DNA of 63,911 nucleotides, filler included, from Bacteroidales bacterium (GTDB taxonomy: Bacteria; Bacteroidota; Bacteroidia; Bacteroidales; CAIWKO01): assembly GCA_035389045.1 (NCBI GenBank). It is 3 parts of 3 records of this genome, joined end to end, with 100 filler letters (N's around TTAATTAATTAA, not from the genome) between each part and the next. Parts side by side here need not be neighbours in the genome. Positions count along the whole stretch, not along the records: positions 26,901 to 58,891 come from DAOORA010000055.1; 2 more parts are not named here. One strand, written 5' to 3'. Position numbers and translations under genes: made by a program. Below are positions 36,904 through 46,916 of this stretch, piece by piece. Every line of letters starts with the position of its first letter. Position 1 is the first letter of the stretch. The notes beneath the pieces were generated by a model. That model had not been told where the DNA came from, made no database searches, and saw only the letters and a program-made list of their open reading frames with translations.

Positions 36904-37785
36904 ATGAAAGCATACGTTTTTCCGGGGCAGGGAGCCCAGTACGCGGGAATGGGTAAGGATTTGTTTGAAAAATTTCCGGCAGCAAGAGCATTGTTTGAAA
37001 AAGCTGATGAAATATTAGGTTTCCGGATCACAGATTATATGTTTGACGGAACCGACGAAGATCTTCGTCAGACCAGGGTTACCCAACCGGCTATATTTCT
37101 TCATTCTGTGATCCTTTCGGTAATTCTGGGGGATCAGTTCAAACCGGACATGGTTGCGGGACACTCCCTGGGTGAGTTTTCTGCCCTGGTGGCAGCAAAA
37201 GCCTTGTCGTTTGAAGACGGGTTGATATTAGTATCGAAACGTGCACAGGCCATGCAAAAAGCATGTGAAAAATCACCGTCGGCGATGGCAGCCATTATTG
37301 GACTTACCGATGAAAAAGCAGAAGAGATCCTCAAGGGAATTGATGATGTGGTGGTTGCCGCCAATTATAACTGTCCGGGACAACTTGTTATTTCGGGAAG
37401 TATAAGCGGAGTTCATACGGCCTGTGAACTCATCAAAGCCGCTGGTGCACGGCGGGCTTTGCCATTGAATGTGGGAGGGGCTTTTCATTCTCCGCTGATG
37501 GAGCCTGCCCGTACTGACCTTGCCAGCGCCATTGAACATACCGTATTTTGCGAACCGGTATGCCCGGTTTATCAGAACGTAACAGCAAAACCGGCAACAG
37601 ACCCTGTCCTGATCAAAGAGAATCTTAACAAGCAGCTGACCGCACCGGTGTTATGGTCGCAAAGCGTTACCCGCATGGTTAATGATGGGGCAAAGACATT
37701 TTATGAATTAGGCCCCGGTACGGTTTTACAGGGATTGATACGAAAGATCGCTCCGACAGTAACGATAGAGGATATCGTTCTCTAA
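36904..37785 (+). CDS. fabD: malonyl-CoA-ACP transacylase
   Basis: FPGQGAQ, TQPAIF, GHSLGE, ANYNCPGQ, GAFHS, ELGPG. Confidence 0.97.
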   Translation: MKAYVFPGQGAQYAGMGKDLFEKFPAARALFEKADEILGFRITDYMFDGTDEDLRQTRVTQPAIFLHSVILSVILGDQFKPDMVAGHSLGEFSALVAAKALSFEDGLILVSKRAQAMQKACEKSPSAMAAIIGLTDEKAEEILKGIDDVVVAANYNCPGQLVISGSISGVHTACELIKAAGARRALPLNVGGAFHSPLMEPARTDLASAIEHTVFCEPVCPVYQNVTAKPATDPVLIKENLNKQLTAPVLWSQSVTRMVNDGAKTFYELGPGTVLQGLIRKIAPTVTIEDIVL

Positions 37786-38528
37786 GCAAACAACATATTG
37801 TTCTTGATCTGGCCGGTACGGGCAAGTTCCTGAAACAGTTTACCCGTCAGTGTTTCTTTTATCAAAGGTATCTGAGCAGGTTTGTGGATATCTGTGCCTA
37901 TGACATCAATCAGCCCTTCTCTGATAAGTTTCAATGCCAGTTTATGGGTCTGTGCGGAATAATTTTTTGTCAGGGAGAGAATATTTAACTGGAAAACTAT
38001 TTCACGGTCTTTTAATTTATAAAAAGCCCCCAGGTCATTTTGCCAGTAAAGATAGCGTTCGGGATGAGCGAGAACGACATTATAGCCTCTGCTCTGCATC
38101 TCAAACAACATATCGGAAAGACCGGAAAACGGATAGAGTAAAGGAAGTTCAATCAGGACGTATTTGTTTCCGAAAGTCATCAGTCGGCCACTTTCCAGTA
38201 TTTGCTGAAACCCTTCATCCACCAGGTATTCGGCTGCTACAGCCAGTTCGATGTCCACATTGTTTTCGACAATCCGCTTCTTCAGTTTTTCAAACAAGGG
38301 ATGAATGATTTCCGGACTGTTCCGGAACAACCTTGACATATGAGGAGTGGTGATGATCTTTTTTATTCCTGACTTATTTAGAGAGCTGATGATTTCAAGC
38401 GCCTCTTCAAAACTGCCGGCTCCGTCATCAATACCGGGAATAAGATGAGAATGCAGGTCAATAGTATAGATGTCGGCAATGTCTGGAATTAAGGACTCTT
38501 TATTTCGATGCAGATCAAATATTCCCAT
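37782..38528 (-). CDS. PHP-type tyrosine-protein phosphatase (CpsB/CapC/YwqE family)
   Basis: DLHSHLIPGIDDGA, ITTPH, AHPERY, GTDIH; ATG 38528 preferred. Confidence 0.9.
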   Translation of the reverse strand: MGIFDLHRNKESLIPDIADIYTIDLHSHLIPGIDDGAGSFEEALEIISSLNKSGIKKIITTPHMSRLFRNSPEIIHPLFEKLKKRIVENNVDIELAVAAEYLVDEGFQQILESGRLMTFGNKYVLIELPLLYPFSGLSDMLFEMQSRGYNVVLAHPERYLYWQNDLGAFYKLKDREIVFQLNILSLTKNYSAQTHKLALKLIREGLIDVIGTDIHKPAQIPLIKETLTGKLFQELARTGQIKNNMLFA

Positions 38529-39522
38529 ACAAGCGTTCAAAATTTTGTTTGAACCAGTCAAATGTTATTCTCAGCCCGTCCCAAATTTTCACGGCGGGTT
38601 CATATCCGAGAACCTTGCGGGCATTGGAGATATCTGCCAGAGAGTCGCGAATATCGCCGGGACGTTCCTCGCGGTATGAAGGCATAACAGCAGATCCGGA
38701 GATATCTTTAAGCATATGAAAGAGTTCATTTACAGAAGTTTTGTCTCCGCAAGCAATATTGTATATGTTTCCCCGACACTTTTCACAATCGGAAAAAACG
38801 GCTTTGATATTGGCCTGAACCGCGTTTTCCACAAAAGTGAAATCACGGGTTTGCTCTCCGTCACCGAAAATACCGGGGCTGTTACCCGTGATCAGGGCAT
38901 GAATGAATAAGGGTATTGCAGCTGCATACGCTCCGGCAGGGCTTTGATTGGGCCCGAAAACATTGAAATAACGCAATCCAACAATATCCACATTATAACA
39001 TCTTACGAAAACCTGTGCATATAATTCATTTACATATTTTGATACTGCGTAAGGAGATAAGGGCTTCCCAATGTTTTCTTCTGTTTTCGGCAATTGCGGG
39101 CTGTCGCCATATACGGAGGAGGAGCTGGCATAAACAAAACGCTTAACCTGATTATTTTTTGCAGCCAGCAACATGTTCAGAAATCCATCTACATTGGCCT
39201 GGTTGGTTGCCAGAGGGTCTTTGACCGAACGCGGCACGGAACCGAGGGCTGCCTGATGAAGCACAAAATCCACATTTTTACAAGCTGTTTCGCATACCTC
39301 TTTTTCGCATATATTTCCCCGGATAAAATCCACATTTGGCAAGGCAATGAATGTCTCTATATTATGAAGAAAACCGGTGGATAAATTATCAAGAATAATG
39401 ATTTTTCCGGCATTATATTTAACCAGGTATTCAACGATGTTTGACCCGATAAAGCCGGCGCCACCGGTGACTAAAAAACAATATTTATTGAGTTCTTCGT
39501 TATGAAATATGCTTTCGTACAT
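38515..39522 (-). CDS. UDP-GlcNAc(A) 4-epimerase, WbpP/TviC-like SDR
   Basis: TGGAGFIGS, HQAALGSVPRS, YASSSSVYGD, PLSPYAVSK, LRYFNVFGP. Confidence 0.85.
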   Translation of the reverse strand: MYESIFHNEELNKYCFLVTGGAGFIGSNIVEYLVKYNAGKIIILDNLSTGFLHNIETFIALPNVDFIRGNICEKEVCETACKNVDFVLHQAALGSVPRSVKDPLATNQANVDGFLNMLLAAKNNQVKRFVYASSSSVYGDSPQLPKTEENIGKPLSPYAVSKYVNELYAQVFVRCYNVDIVGLRYFNVFGPNQSPAGAYAAAIPLFIHALITGNSPGIFGDGEQTRDFTFVENAVQANIKAVFSDCEKCRGNIYNIACGDKTSVNELFHMLKDISGSAVMPSYREERPGDIRDSLADISNARKVLGYEPAVKIWDGLRITFDWFKQNFERLYGNI

Positions 39523-39524
39523 GC

Positions 39525-40583
39525 CTATCGGTTGTGATATTGCTGATTATAATAATTTAAGTAATCCCCGCTGGTGATGTTTTTAAGCCAGGTTTCGTTG
39601 GCCAGGTACCAGCCGATGGTTTTTTCGAGTCCTTCTTCAAATTGCAGTGAAGGTTTCCAGCCCAACTCGTTTGTTAGTTTAGCAGAATCAATAGCATAGC
39701 GCAGGTCATGTCCGGCACGGTCTTTTACATAAGTCAGCAGTTTTGCCGATGTTCCCTGCTCGCGGCAAAGTTTTGAATCCATTATTTTACACATCAGAAG
39801 AACGAGGTCAATATTTTTCCATTCGTTGTGGCCGCCTATGTTGTAAGTTTCTCCTGTTTTACCTTTATGGAAGATCAGGTCGATAGCTGCGGCATGATCC
39901 ACCACATACAACCAGTCTCTTACATTTTCCCCCTTGCCGTATACCGGAAGCGGTTTATTATGAATGATGTTGTTAATCATCAGCGGGATAAGCTTTTCGG
40001 GGAACTGGTTCGGTCCATAATTATTGGAACAGTTTGAAATCACAATTGGCAGTCCAAAGGTATGATGATACGCCCGCACTAAGTGGTCGGAGCTGGCTTT
40101 GGATGCAGAATACGGGCTGCGGGGGTCATAGGCAGTGGTTTCGGTAAAGCATCCTTCTGCACCCAGTGAGCCATATACCTCGTCGGTGGAAATATGATAA
40201 AATAATTTTCCTGCCGGATCTTCTTTCCATGAATTACGGGCAACATTCAGGAGTGTTACTGTTCCTATGATATTTGTAATGACAAATTCCAGCGGATTCG
40301 AAATTGACCTATCCACATGTGACTCGGCGGCCAGGTGTATTACTCCGTCAAAAGCATATTGCTGAAAAAGATTCTGTACACAATCACCATCGGTAATATC
40401 TCCTTTGACAAAAACATAATTAGCGGCCTGATCGATGTCGTTCAGGTTTTCGAGGTTTCCTGCATAAGTAAGTTTGTCGAGGTTTACGATACGGTATTCA
40501 GGATATTGGTTCACAAACAAGCGAACGACATGTGACCCTATAAATCCTGCGCCTCCTGTAATCAGAATATTTTTTTTAAACAT
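39525..40583 (-). CDS. rfbB: dTDP-glucose 4,6-dehydratase
   Basis: LDKLTYAGN, AAESHVDRSI, STDEVYG, YSASKASSDH, QFPEKLIP, RAGHDLRY. Confidence 0.96.
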   Translation of the reverse strand: MFKKNILITGGAGFIGSHVVRLFVNQYPEYRIVNLDKLTYAGNLENLNDIDQAANYVFVKGDITDGDCVQNLFQQYAFDGVIHLAAESHVDRSISNPLEFVITNIIGTVTLLNVARNSWKEDPAGKLFYHISTDEVYGSLGAEGCFTETTAYDPRSPYSASKASSDHLVRAYHHTFGLPIVISNCSNNYGPNQFPEKLIPLMINNIIHNKPLPVYGKGENVRDWLYVVDHAAAIDLIFHKGKTGETYNIGGHNEWKNIDLVLLMCKIMDSKLCREQGTSAKLLTYVKDRAGHDLRYAIDSAKLTNELGWKPSLQFEEGLEKTIGWYLANETWLKNITSGDYLNYYNQQYHNR

Positions 40584-40585
40584 AA

Positions 40586-41614
40586 CTATGTGTTTTTAAT
40601 ATTTTCAGCCAGGTGTTTTTCCCAGTTCCATGCTGAAAGCATCATTTCATCAAGATTTTTTTCTGCTTTCCATCCAAGGATTTTATTTGCCCGGGTGCAG
40701 TCAGACCATATTTTCACTATGTCGCCCTGCCTCCGGGGAGCAAACCTGTAATTGAGTTTTTGCCCGGATACACGTTCAAAAGAATGTATAACTTCCAGCA
40801 CAGAATTGCCCCGGCCGGTTCCCAGATTAAATATCTCGTGATCCGTTTCTGTTTTTCTGCCGAGAAGCCTGTCCAGAGCCAGTACATGGGCTTTGGCAAT
40901 ATCGCCCACATAAATATAATCACGGATGCAGGTTCCGTCGGGTGTGTCGTAGTCGTTACCCCATACATTCAGACATTCGCGTTTTCCGATGGCGGTTTGT
41001 GTAATGAATGGCGCCAGGTTGTTGGGTACACCAACAGGCAATTCGCCGATAAGCGCCGATTCGTGAGCTCCTATAGGATTGAAATACCTGAGAATGATCG
41101 ATCTCTGGCTGGTGGTTCTAACCTGTTCCGTAATAATTTTTTCAGCGATCTGCTTGGTTTCACCATAAGCCGAGACAGCCGGCCGTACCGGGGAATTTTC
41201 GTCAACGGGCAAAATGTCGGGCTGCCCGTAAACCGTACAGGAAGAAGAAAAAACCAGGTTGTTGATTTTATAATCCTGCATACTCTTCAACAGATTTATC
41301 AAAGAACACACATTGTTATGATAATATTTCAGCGGAAACTTCTCCGATTCGCCCACAGCCTTAAAGGCGGCAAAGTGTATCACCCCGTCGATATCCCGGT
41401 TGCGGCGGAAAAAACCATCAAGCTGAGAAGTATCACACATTTCAACTTTTTCAAAATCCGGTTTTTTACCAGTAATCTTTTCAATAGAATCAAGGACTTC
41501 AGGAGACGAGTTTGAAAAGTTATCGATAATGATGGTTTCATAACCGTATTGCTGTAATTCAACAACCGTATGTGCGCCAATAAAACCTGTTCCTCCGGTT
41601 ACGAGAATTTTCAT
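40586..41614 (-). CDS. galE: UDP-glucose 4-epimerase
   Basis: HFAAFKAVGES, FSSSCTVYG, LRYFNPIGAH, PNNL, DGTCIRDYI. Confidence 0.96.
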   Translation of the reverse strand: MKILVTGGTGFIGAHTVVELQQYGYETIIIDNFSNSSPEVLDSIEKITGKKPDFEKVEMCDTSQLDGFFRRNRDIDGVIHFAAFKAVGESEKFPLKYYHNNVCSLINLLKSMQDYKINNLVFSSSCTVYGQPDILPVDENSPVRPAVSAYGETKQIAEKIITEQVRTTSQRSIILRYFNPIGAHESALIGELPVGVPNNLAPFITQTAIGKRECLNVWGNDYDTPDGTCIRDYIYVGDIAKAHVLALDRLLGRKTETDHEIFNLGTGRGNSVLEVIHSFERVSGQKLNYRFAPRRQGDIVKIWSDCTRANKILGWKAEKNLDEMMLSAWNWEKHLAENIKNT

Positions 41615-41616
41615 TC

Positions 41617-42912
41617 TTACAGACTCCAGTAAGTTAATTCTTTAATTTTTCCGCGGTACATACCCTTAACATCTACCAGGATACATTTTTCTGCTGCCAG
41701 CTTTTTAAAGAACTCTTCATCAAGCTTTAGATATTCATCATGAGAAACGGCGACTATGATGGCATCATACAAACCGCTTGTTTTTTCTGACATTTCAAAA
41801 CCATATTCGTGTTTAACGTCTTTATCGCAGGCGAAAGGATCGACCACATCCACCAGGACGCCATAAGTTTTCAATTCGCTCACCACATCGGCCACGCGTG
41901 AATTCCTGATATCGCTTACATTTTCCTTAAACGTAACTCCCATTACCAAAGCTTTGGAGTTCAAAACATTTTTTCCTGTAGCGATTATTTTTTTTACCGT
42001 TTGTTTGGCTATGTAAAAACCCATGGAATCATTAACAAAACGTCCCGAATTGATCACCTGAGCGTGATAACGGTATTCTTTGGCTTTGTATGTCAGATAA
42101 TAAGGATCCACGCCGATGCAATGGCCGCCGACAAGCCCGGGATAAAATTTAAGGAAATTCCATTTGGTGCCTGCGGCTTCAAGGACTTCAAAAGTATTGA
42201 TGCCCATGCGGTTAAAGATTATCGAAAGCTCATTCATCAAGGCAATGTTCACATCGCGCTGCGTGTTTTCGATAATTTTTGCCGATTCTGCGACTTTAAT
42301 ACATGAAGCCTTGTGTACACCGGCTTTTACAACAATTTCATACACTTTGGCAACAATATCAAGCGATTCGTCATCACAGCCGGAAACAATCTTTTTTATG
42401 GTCGTTATAGTATGGTCTTTGTCGCCGGGGTTTATACGTTCCGGTGAAAAACCCACCTTAAAGTCTTTGATAAATTTTAGTCCTGACATTTCTTCAAGGA
42501 TAGGAATGCAGTCTTCTTCCGTACAGCCGGGATATACGGTGGACTCGTAAACCACGTAATCGCCTTTTTTCAGCACGGAACCCACAGTCCGTGTGGCTGC
42601 AAGCAAAGGTTTCAGGTCGGGCAACTGATGATTGTCTATTGGTGTGGGGACTGCAACAATATGAAATGTTGCATCTTTAAGATCTTCGGGCCTGGCAGTA
42701 AACGTAATGTCACAACCCTCGAAGGCCGAAGACGGAAGTTCTTCGCTGGGGTCGATCTTGTTTTTCATCATTTCGACACGGTCCTCCCTGATATCGAAGC
42801 CGATGACGCTGATGGTCTTTGCAAATTCCAGGGCAATAGGCAGACCCACGTAGCCCAGACCTATCACTGATAGTTTTGTTTCCTTTGCTAAAAGTTGTTC
42901 GTAAGTATTCAT
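41617..42912 (-). CDS. UDP-N-acetylhexosamine 6-dehydrogenase (WbpO/TviB/WbpA family)
   Basis: GLGYVGLP, ESTVYPG, SPERINPGD, KIIENTQRD, GGHCIGVDPYYL, FKENVSDIRNS; ATG 42912. Confidence 0.92.
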   Translation of the reverse strand: MNTYEQLLAKETKLSVIGLGYVGLPIALEFAKTISVIGFDIREDRVEMMKNKIDPSEELPSSAFEGCDITFTARPEDLKDATFHIVAVPTPIDNHQLPDLKPLLAATRTVGSVLKKGDYVVYESTVYPGCTEEDCIPILEEMSGLKFIKDFKVGFSPERINPGDKDHTITTIKKIVSGCDDESLDIVAKVYEIVVKAGVHKASCIKVAESAKIIENTQRDVNIALMNELSIIFNRMGINTFEVLEAAGTKWNFLKFYPGLVGGHCIGVDPYYLTYKAKEYRYHAQVINSGRFVNDSMGFYIAKQTVKKIIATGKNVLNSKALVMGVTFKENVSDIRNSRVADVVSELKTYGVLVDVVDPFACDKDVKHEYGFEMSEKTSGLYDAIIVAVSHDEYLKLDEEFFKKLAAEKCILVDVKGMYRGKIKELTYWSL

Positions 42913-42928
42913 TTGAGAAATGTTTAAA

Positions 42929-43975
42929 TTATTTTTTTTTATTAAAAGATGTATTCCTGATATTATAAATACGTTCGATGATCTCGACAATTTTAAGTCC
43001 TTCCAGGGCATTGGTTGTCACTGATGTCCGGCCTTTCAATGTGTTGACCACATTCTCAATCACATAGTGATGATTGGCGGCAGAGCCCTTGTATGCTCCG
43101 TAATCATTGGCAGGATTCACCGGATCAAGCACCGGCATGGTATAATCTTTAATATGGCAATATTCAACTTCGTTCATATATTGTCCGCCGATTTTTATAC
43201 TTCCTTTACTTCCGATGACGGTAATGCTGCTTTCCAGATTGGTATCCCATACCGATGTTGAATAATTGATACAGCCCATACCCCCCTGAATGAATTTAAA
43301 ACTAACGATACCGCTGTCTTCAAAATCCGTCAGGCTTTGATGATTATTATCGGCAAAAACGCCCTGTAAATCGGTGATATCGCCGAAAAGCCAGAACATG
43401 ATATCAATAAAATGAGAAAACTGGGTAAACAGGGTTCCGCCATCGAGGTCACGTGTCCCTTTCCAGTTGCCTTTTTTATAATAACGCTCGTCACGGTTCC
43501 AGTAACAGTTTAACTGAACGTGATAAATATCTCCCAGTATTTTTTTATCCACGACATCCTTTATCCATACCGATGGCGGTGAATACCGGTTTTGCATCAC
43601 CAGAAACAGGTAGCGTGATACCAGCAGCGACTTATGAATTACACGTTCAACGGAAGCTTTGGTCAGCCCCATTGGTTTTTCGCAAACCACATGTTTCAAG
43701 ACGCTCAGGGCTTTATAAGAATGATCCACATGGCAGCCGTTGGGCGTGCAGACATTTACCACATCAAAATCAACACCGGAATTCAGCATTTCGTCAATAT
43801 TACTGAAAAAGGGGACATCATAAGATTCGATGCCCAGGGATTCCCTGGGTTTGATATCACACAGAGCCGCGAGTTCTGATTCAGCATTTCTCTCAATCAT
43901 TTCGGCGTGGCGCTTACCTATATGTCCGCAACCAACAACGGCAAACTTTACTTTATCTTTTGAAAATGGTGTCAT
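42929..43975 (-). CDS. wbpB: Gfo/Idh/MocA oxidoreductase, WbpB/WlbA-like UDP-GlcNAcA 3-dehydrogenase
   Basis: GCGHIG, CTPNGCH, CEKPM, QNRY, W.R..YY..WKGT..DGG; clustered with WbpD- and WbpE-like genes. Confidence 0.75.
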   Translation of the reverse strand: MTPFSKDKVKFAVVGCGHIGKRHAEMIERNAESELAALCDIKPRESLGIESYDVPFFSNIDEMLNSGVDFDVVNVCTPNGCHVDHSYKALSVLKHVVCEKPMGLTKASVERVIHKSLLVSRYLFLVMQNRYSPPSVWIKDVVDKKILGDIYHVQLNCYWNRDERYYKKGNWKGTRDLDGGTLFTQFSHFIDIMFWLFGDITDLQGVFADNNHQSLTDFEDSGIVSFKFIQGGMGCINYSTSVWDTNLESSITVIGSKGSIKIGGQYMNEVEYCHIKDYTMPVLDPVNPANDYGAYKGSAANHHYVIENVVNTLKGRTSVTTNALEGLKIVEIIERIYNIRNTSFNKKK

Positions 43976-43984
43976 ATCATTAGT

Positions 43985-44260
43985 TTATTGACAGTCTTCG
44001 TCTTCTTCGGGGCAAATCAGGGTGCCGTTGATACAGCTATCGGTTGTAACCGAAATATAGTTACTTGCCGCTTCCTGCCCGCAGGCATCCACAACATTTA
44101 TGGTATACTCTGTCAGCAGTGCGCTGTTGCAATTGGCCTGCATCATCATAATACAATACTCCCGTTTTTGAAGAGCACAATTATCACAAGCCGTTTTATT
44201 ACATCCGGAAAGCAAAATACATGAACCGACAATTGTCAACACTACTATTACGTATTTCAT
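43985..44260 (-). CDS. small cysteine-rich lipoprotein
   Basis: ATG 44260 immediately after the wbpD stop; LLSG-C lipobox; 8 further Cys in about 70 aa. Confidence 0.7.
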   Translation of the reverse strand: MKYVIVVLTIVGSCILLSGCNKTACDNCALQKREYCIMMMQANCNSALLTEYTINVVDACGQEAASNYISVTTDSCINGTLICPEEDEDCQ

Positions 44261-44261
44261 C

Positions 44262-44840
44262 TCAAATGATTTTTGAAACCATACCGTCCTGAAAACGGTA
44301 TTTTTCGTTACTTTCCGGGCAAACCGCGATGCCCTCTTCGTTGAAACTGAGCCGGTGTCCGTATTCACTGATCCATCCGGTCTGCCGGGCGGGATTACCG
44401 ACTACGAGGGCATAAGCCGGAACTTCTTTGGTGACCACAGCGCCGGCGCCGATGAAAGCGTATTCGCCAATGTTGTGACCACAAACAATAGTGGCATTAG
44501 CCCCGATCGAAGCGCCTTTTTTTACTATGGTTTCAACATATTTATCCTTGCGGTTAACAGCGCTGCGCGGGTTTACAATGTTCGTGAAAACCATTGACGG
44601 GCCAAGGAAAACATCGTCTTCACAGATCACACCGGTATATATAGAAACATTATTCTGTACTTTAACATTACAGCCGAGCCTTACACCGGAAGAAACCACA
44701 ACATTCTGTCCGATATTACAGTTTTCACCTATCTGACAATCCTTCATAATGTGTGAAAAATGCCATATCTTAGTTCCTTTTCCTATACAACATCCTTCAT
44801 CGATAACGGCAGTTTCATGTGCAAAAAATTCCTTTTCCAT
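44262..44840 (-). CDS. wbpD: UDP-2-acetamido-3-amino-2,3-dideoxyglucuronate N-acetyltransferase (hexapeptide repeat)
   Basis: [49 protein letters not shown]. Confidence 0.85.
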   Translation of the reverse strand: MEKEFFAHETAVIDEGCCIGKGTKIWHFSHIMKDCQIGENCNIGQNVVVSSGVRLGCNVKVQNNVSIYTGVICEDDVFLGPSMVFTNIVNPRSAVNRKDKYVETIVKKGASIGANATIVCGHNIGEYAFIGAGAVVTKEVPAYALVVGNPARQTGWISEYGHRLSFNEEGIAVCPESNEKYRFQDGMVSKII

Positions 44841-44843
44841 AGA

Positions 44844-45977
44844 TTAATACTTTTTAAAAAATTCGAGAACCGATGATGTAATATAATTCAGTTGTTCTTC
44901 ATCCAGGTGCGTATGCATCGGCAGTGATATTACGCTTTTGCAGAGCTTCTCGGTAACGGGAAAATCACCTTCCTTATACCGGGGGTCCAGATATGCTTTT
45001 TGCATATGTAAGGGAACCGGATAATATATCATGGCCGGTACACCTTTGGAAGTAAGGTATTCCTGAAGTTTATTACGGTCGGTATCCACCGTGACGAGGG
45101 TATATTGATGAAAGACGTGTGTGGACTTTGCAAACCGGACAGGCGTTTTTAAGTGTGGTTCATCAGCAAAAGCCTTGTCATAATATGCTGCTGCATAGTT
45201 TCTTCTTTGTGCATACTCATCAAGATGTCTGAGTTTGATATCGAGAACAGCAGCCTGAATGCTGTCGAGGCGGGAGTTCACACCGATCATATCGTGATAA
45301 TAACGGACAGTCATACCATGATTTACTATTTGCCTCAGTTTGGTAGCCAGGTCCTCATCATTGGTAAAAACAGCCCCGCCATCGCCATAACATCCGAGGT
45401 TTTTCGAAGGGAAAAATGAAGTACAGCCCACAATACTGATTGATCCGGTTTTTTTCCGGGTTCCGTCAGCAAATAAATAATCAGCGCCGATGGCCTGACA
45501 GTTGTCTTCAATAATGTGCAGCCCGTATTTTTGAGCAATTTCGATAATGGATTCCATATCGGCTGCCTGCCCGAAAAGATGAACAGGCACTATGGCTTTG
45601 GTTTTTGGGGTAATAGCACGTTCAATGGCTTCCGGATCTATATTGAATGTATCAGGATCTACGTCAACAAGAACCGGCGTCAGCCCGAGCAGTGCGATCA
45701 CCTCGGCCGTGGCGATAAACGTAAATGATGTGGTGATGACTTCGTCACCGGGCTTCAGCCCCAGCGCCATCATTGAAACCTGCAGGGCGTCTGTGCCGTT
45801 AGCACAAGGTATCACATGACTGACACCAAGGTATGTTTCAAGATTTTTCTGAAATCTGCTGACGGCAGGACCGTTTATAAACGACGTTGAACCAATAACT
45901 TCATAGATAGCCGCATCGATCTCTTGCTTGATATCTTCATACTGGCTTTTCAGGTCGACCATCATTAATTTACGCAT
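44844..45977 (-). CDS. DegT/DnrJ/EryC1/StrS aminotransferase, WbpE-like
   Basis: ANGTDALQ, PVHLFGQ, EDNCQAIG, SFFPSKNLGCYGDGG, NSRLDSIQAA. Confidence 0.9.
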   Translation of the reverse strand: MRKLMMVDLKSQYEDIKQEIDAAIYEVIGSTSFINGPAVSRFQKNLETYLGVSHVIPCANGTDALQVSMMALGLKPGDEVITTSFTFIATAEVIALLGLTPVLVDVDPDTFNIDPEAIERAITPKTKAIVPVHLFGQAADMESIIEIAQKYGLHIIEDNCQAIGADYLFADGTRKKTGSISIVGCTSFFPSKNLGCYGDGGAVFTNDEDLATKLRQIVNHGMTVRYYHDMIGVNSRLDSIQAAVLDIKLRHLDEYAQRRNYAAAYYDKAFADEPHLKTPVRFAKSTHVFHQYTLVTVDTDRNKLQEYLTSKGVPAMIYYPVPLHMQKAYLDPRYKEGDFPVTEKLCKSVISLPMHTHLDEEQLNYITSSVLEFFKKY

Positions 45978-46016
45978 AAAAATATGTATTTGAAATTATT
46001 TTAAAAATTAAACGTG

Positions 46017-46024
46017 CAAAGATA
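46017..46024 (-). promoter_or_regulatory. Bacteroidota -7 promoter box (TATCTTTG) for the nucleotide-sugar operon
   Basis: caaagata on + strand, 40 nt upstream of 45977. Confidence 0.55.
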
Positions 46025-46156
46025 GGATATTTCACACAACTGCTGACTAAAATGATGAAGTTTAACGAATAAATGTTTATGACTAAATAATTTTTTTAAT
46101 CAAATGATGTTAATAGGTTGGAATATATTTTAGTTAATTTTGTGGAGAAAACAGAA

Positions 46157-46909
46157 ATGAAGAAAATACTCCTCCTTTCACTATTATTTGTCTTGTGCTC
46201 CTATGCCCAATCGCAGGTCAGCATAAAAGATTCCTCGGTTTTTTCGACCATGCTTCATGCAACGTATGCTTACCAGATACCGGGCGGGGATATGGCGAAA
46301 CGTTTTGGAAACAACTCAGCCGTTGGCGGAGGTTTTCAGCTAAAAACCAAAAAAAACTGGTTGTTTGGTGCGGAATGCAATTATTTGTTCGGTGAAAAGG
46401 TAAAAGATGAAATGAATATTGTGTCGCGCATCTCGACCTCTGACGGATTTCTGATAACCGCCGACGGAGAATATGCCGATGTGTTTTTTTCGGAGCAGGG
46501 TTTTATCATCGGCCTGAAGGCCGGAAAGATCATTCCTGTGCTGAATCCCAATCCAAACAGCGGTATTCTTCTCACTGTCCAACCGGGATTTATACAACAT
46601 AAGATAAAGATTACCAATCCCAGCAACACGGTCCCTGCGTTAAGAGGTGATTATAAAAAGGGATACGACGAGATGACCAACGGAGTTGCTCTTACTGAAT
46701 TTATCGGCTATTGGTATATGGGAAACAGGCGTCTTGTTTCATTTTATGCCGGATTTGAGTTTACTCAGGCGTTTACCAAATGCCGCAGGGCATATAATTT
46801 CAATACCATGAGCCGGGATACGGAACAGAAATATGATTTCTTTTATTCCCTCCGCATTGGCTGGCTTATCCCACTCTATAAAAGGGCACCTGCAGGATAT
46901 TATTATTAA
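46157..46909 (+). CDS. hypothetical outer-membrane beta-barrel-like protein
   Basis: Signal peptide MKKILL..AQS-Q; alternating amphipathic strands; aromatic C-terminus; TAATTTTG box at 46135-46142. Confidence 0.7.
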   Translation: MKKILLLSLLFVLCSYAQSQVSIKDSSVFSTMLHATYAYQIPGGDMAKRFGNNSAVGGGFQLKTKKNWLFGAECNYLFGEKVKDEMNIVSRISTSDGFLITADGEYADVFFSEQGFIIGLKAGKIIPVLNPNPNSGILLTVQPGFIQHKIKITNPSNTVPALRGDYKKGYDEMTNGVALTEFIGYWYMGNRRLVSFYAGFEFTQAFTKCRRAYNFNTMSRDTEQKYDFFYSLRIGWLIPLYKRAPAGYYY

Positions 46910-46916
46910 TAAAAAA

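Noticed and set aside
40760..41515. 251-aa plus-strand ORF, and the many other short antisense or alternate-frame ORFs in the track
   Set aside because: Overlap clearly identified genes (here galE) and show no recognisable features.
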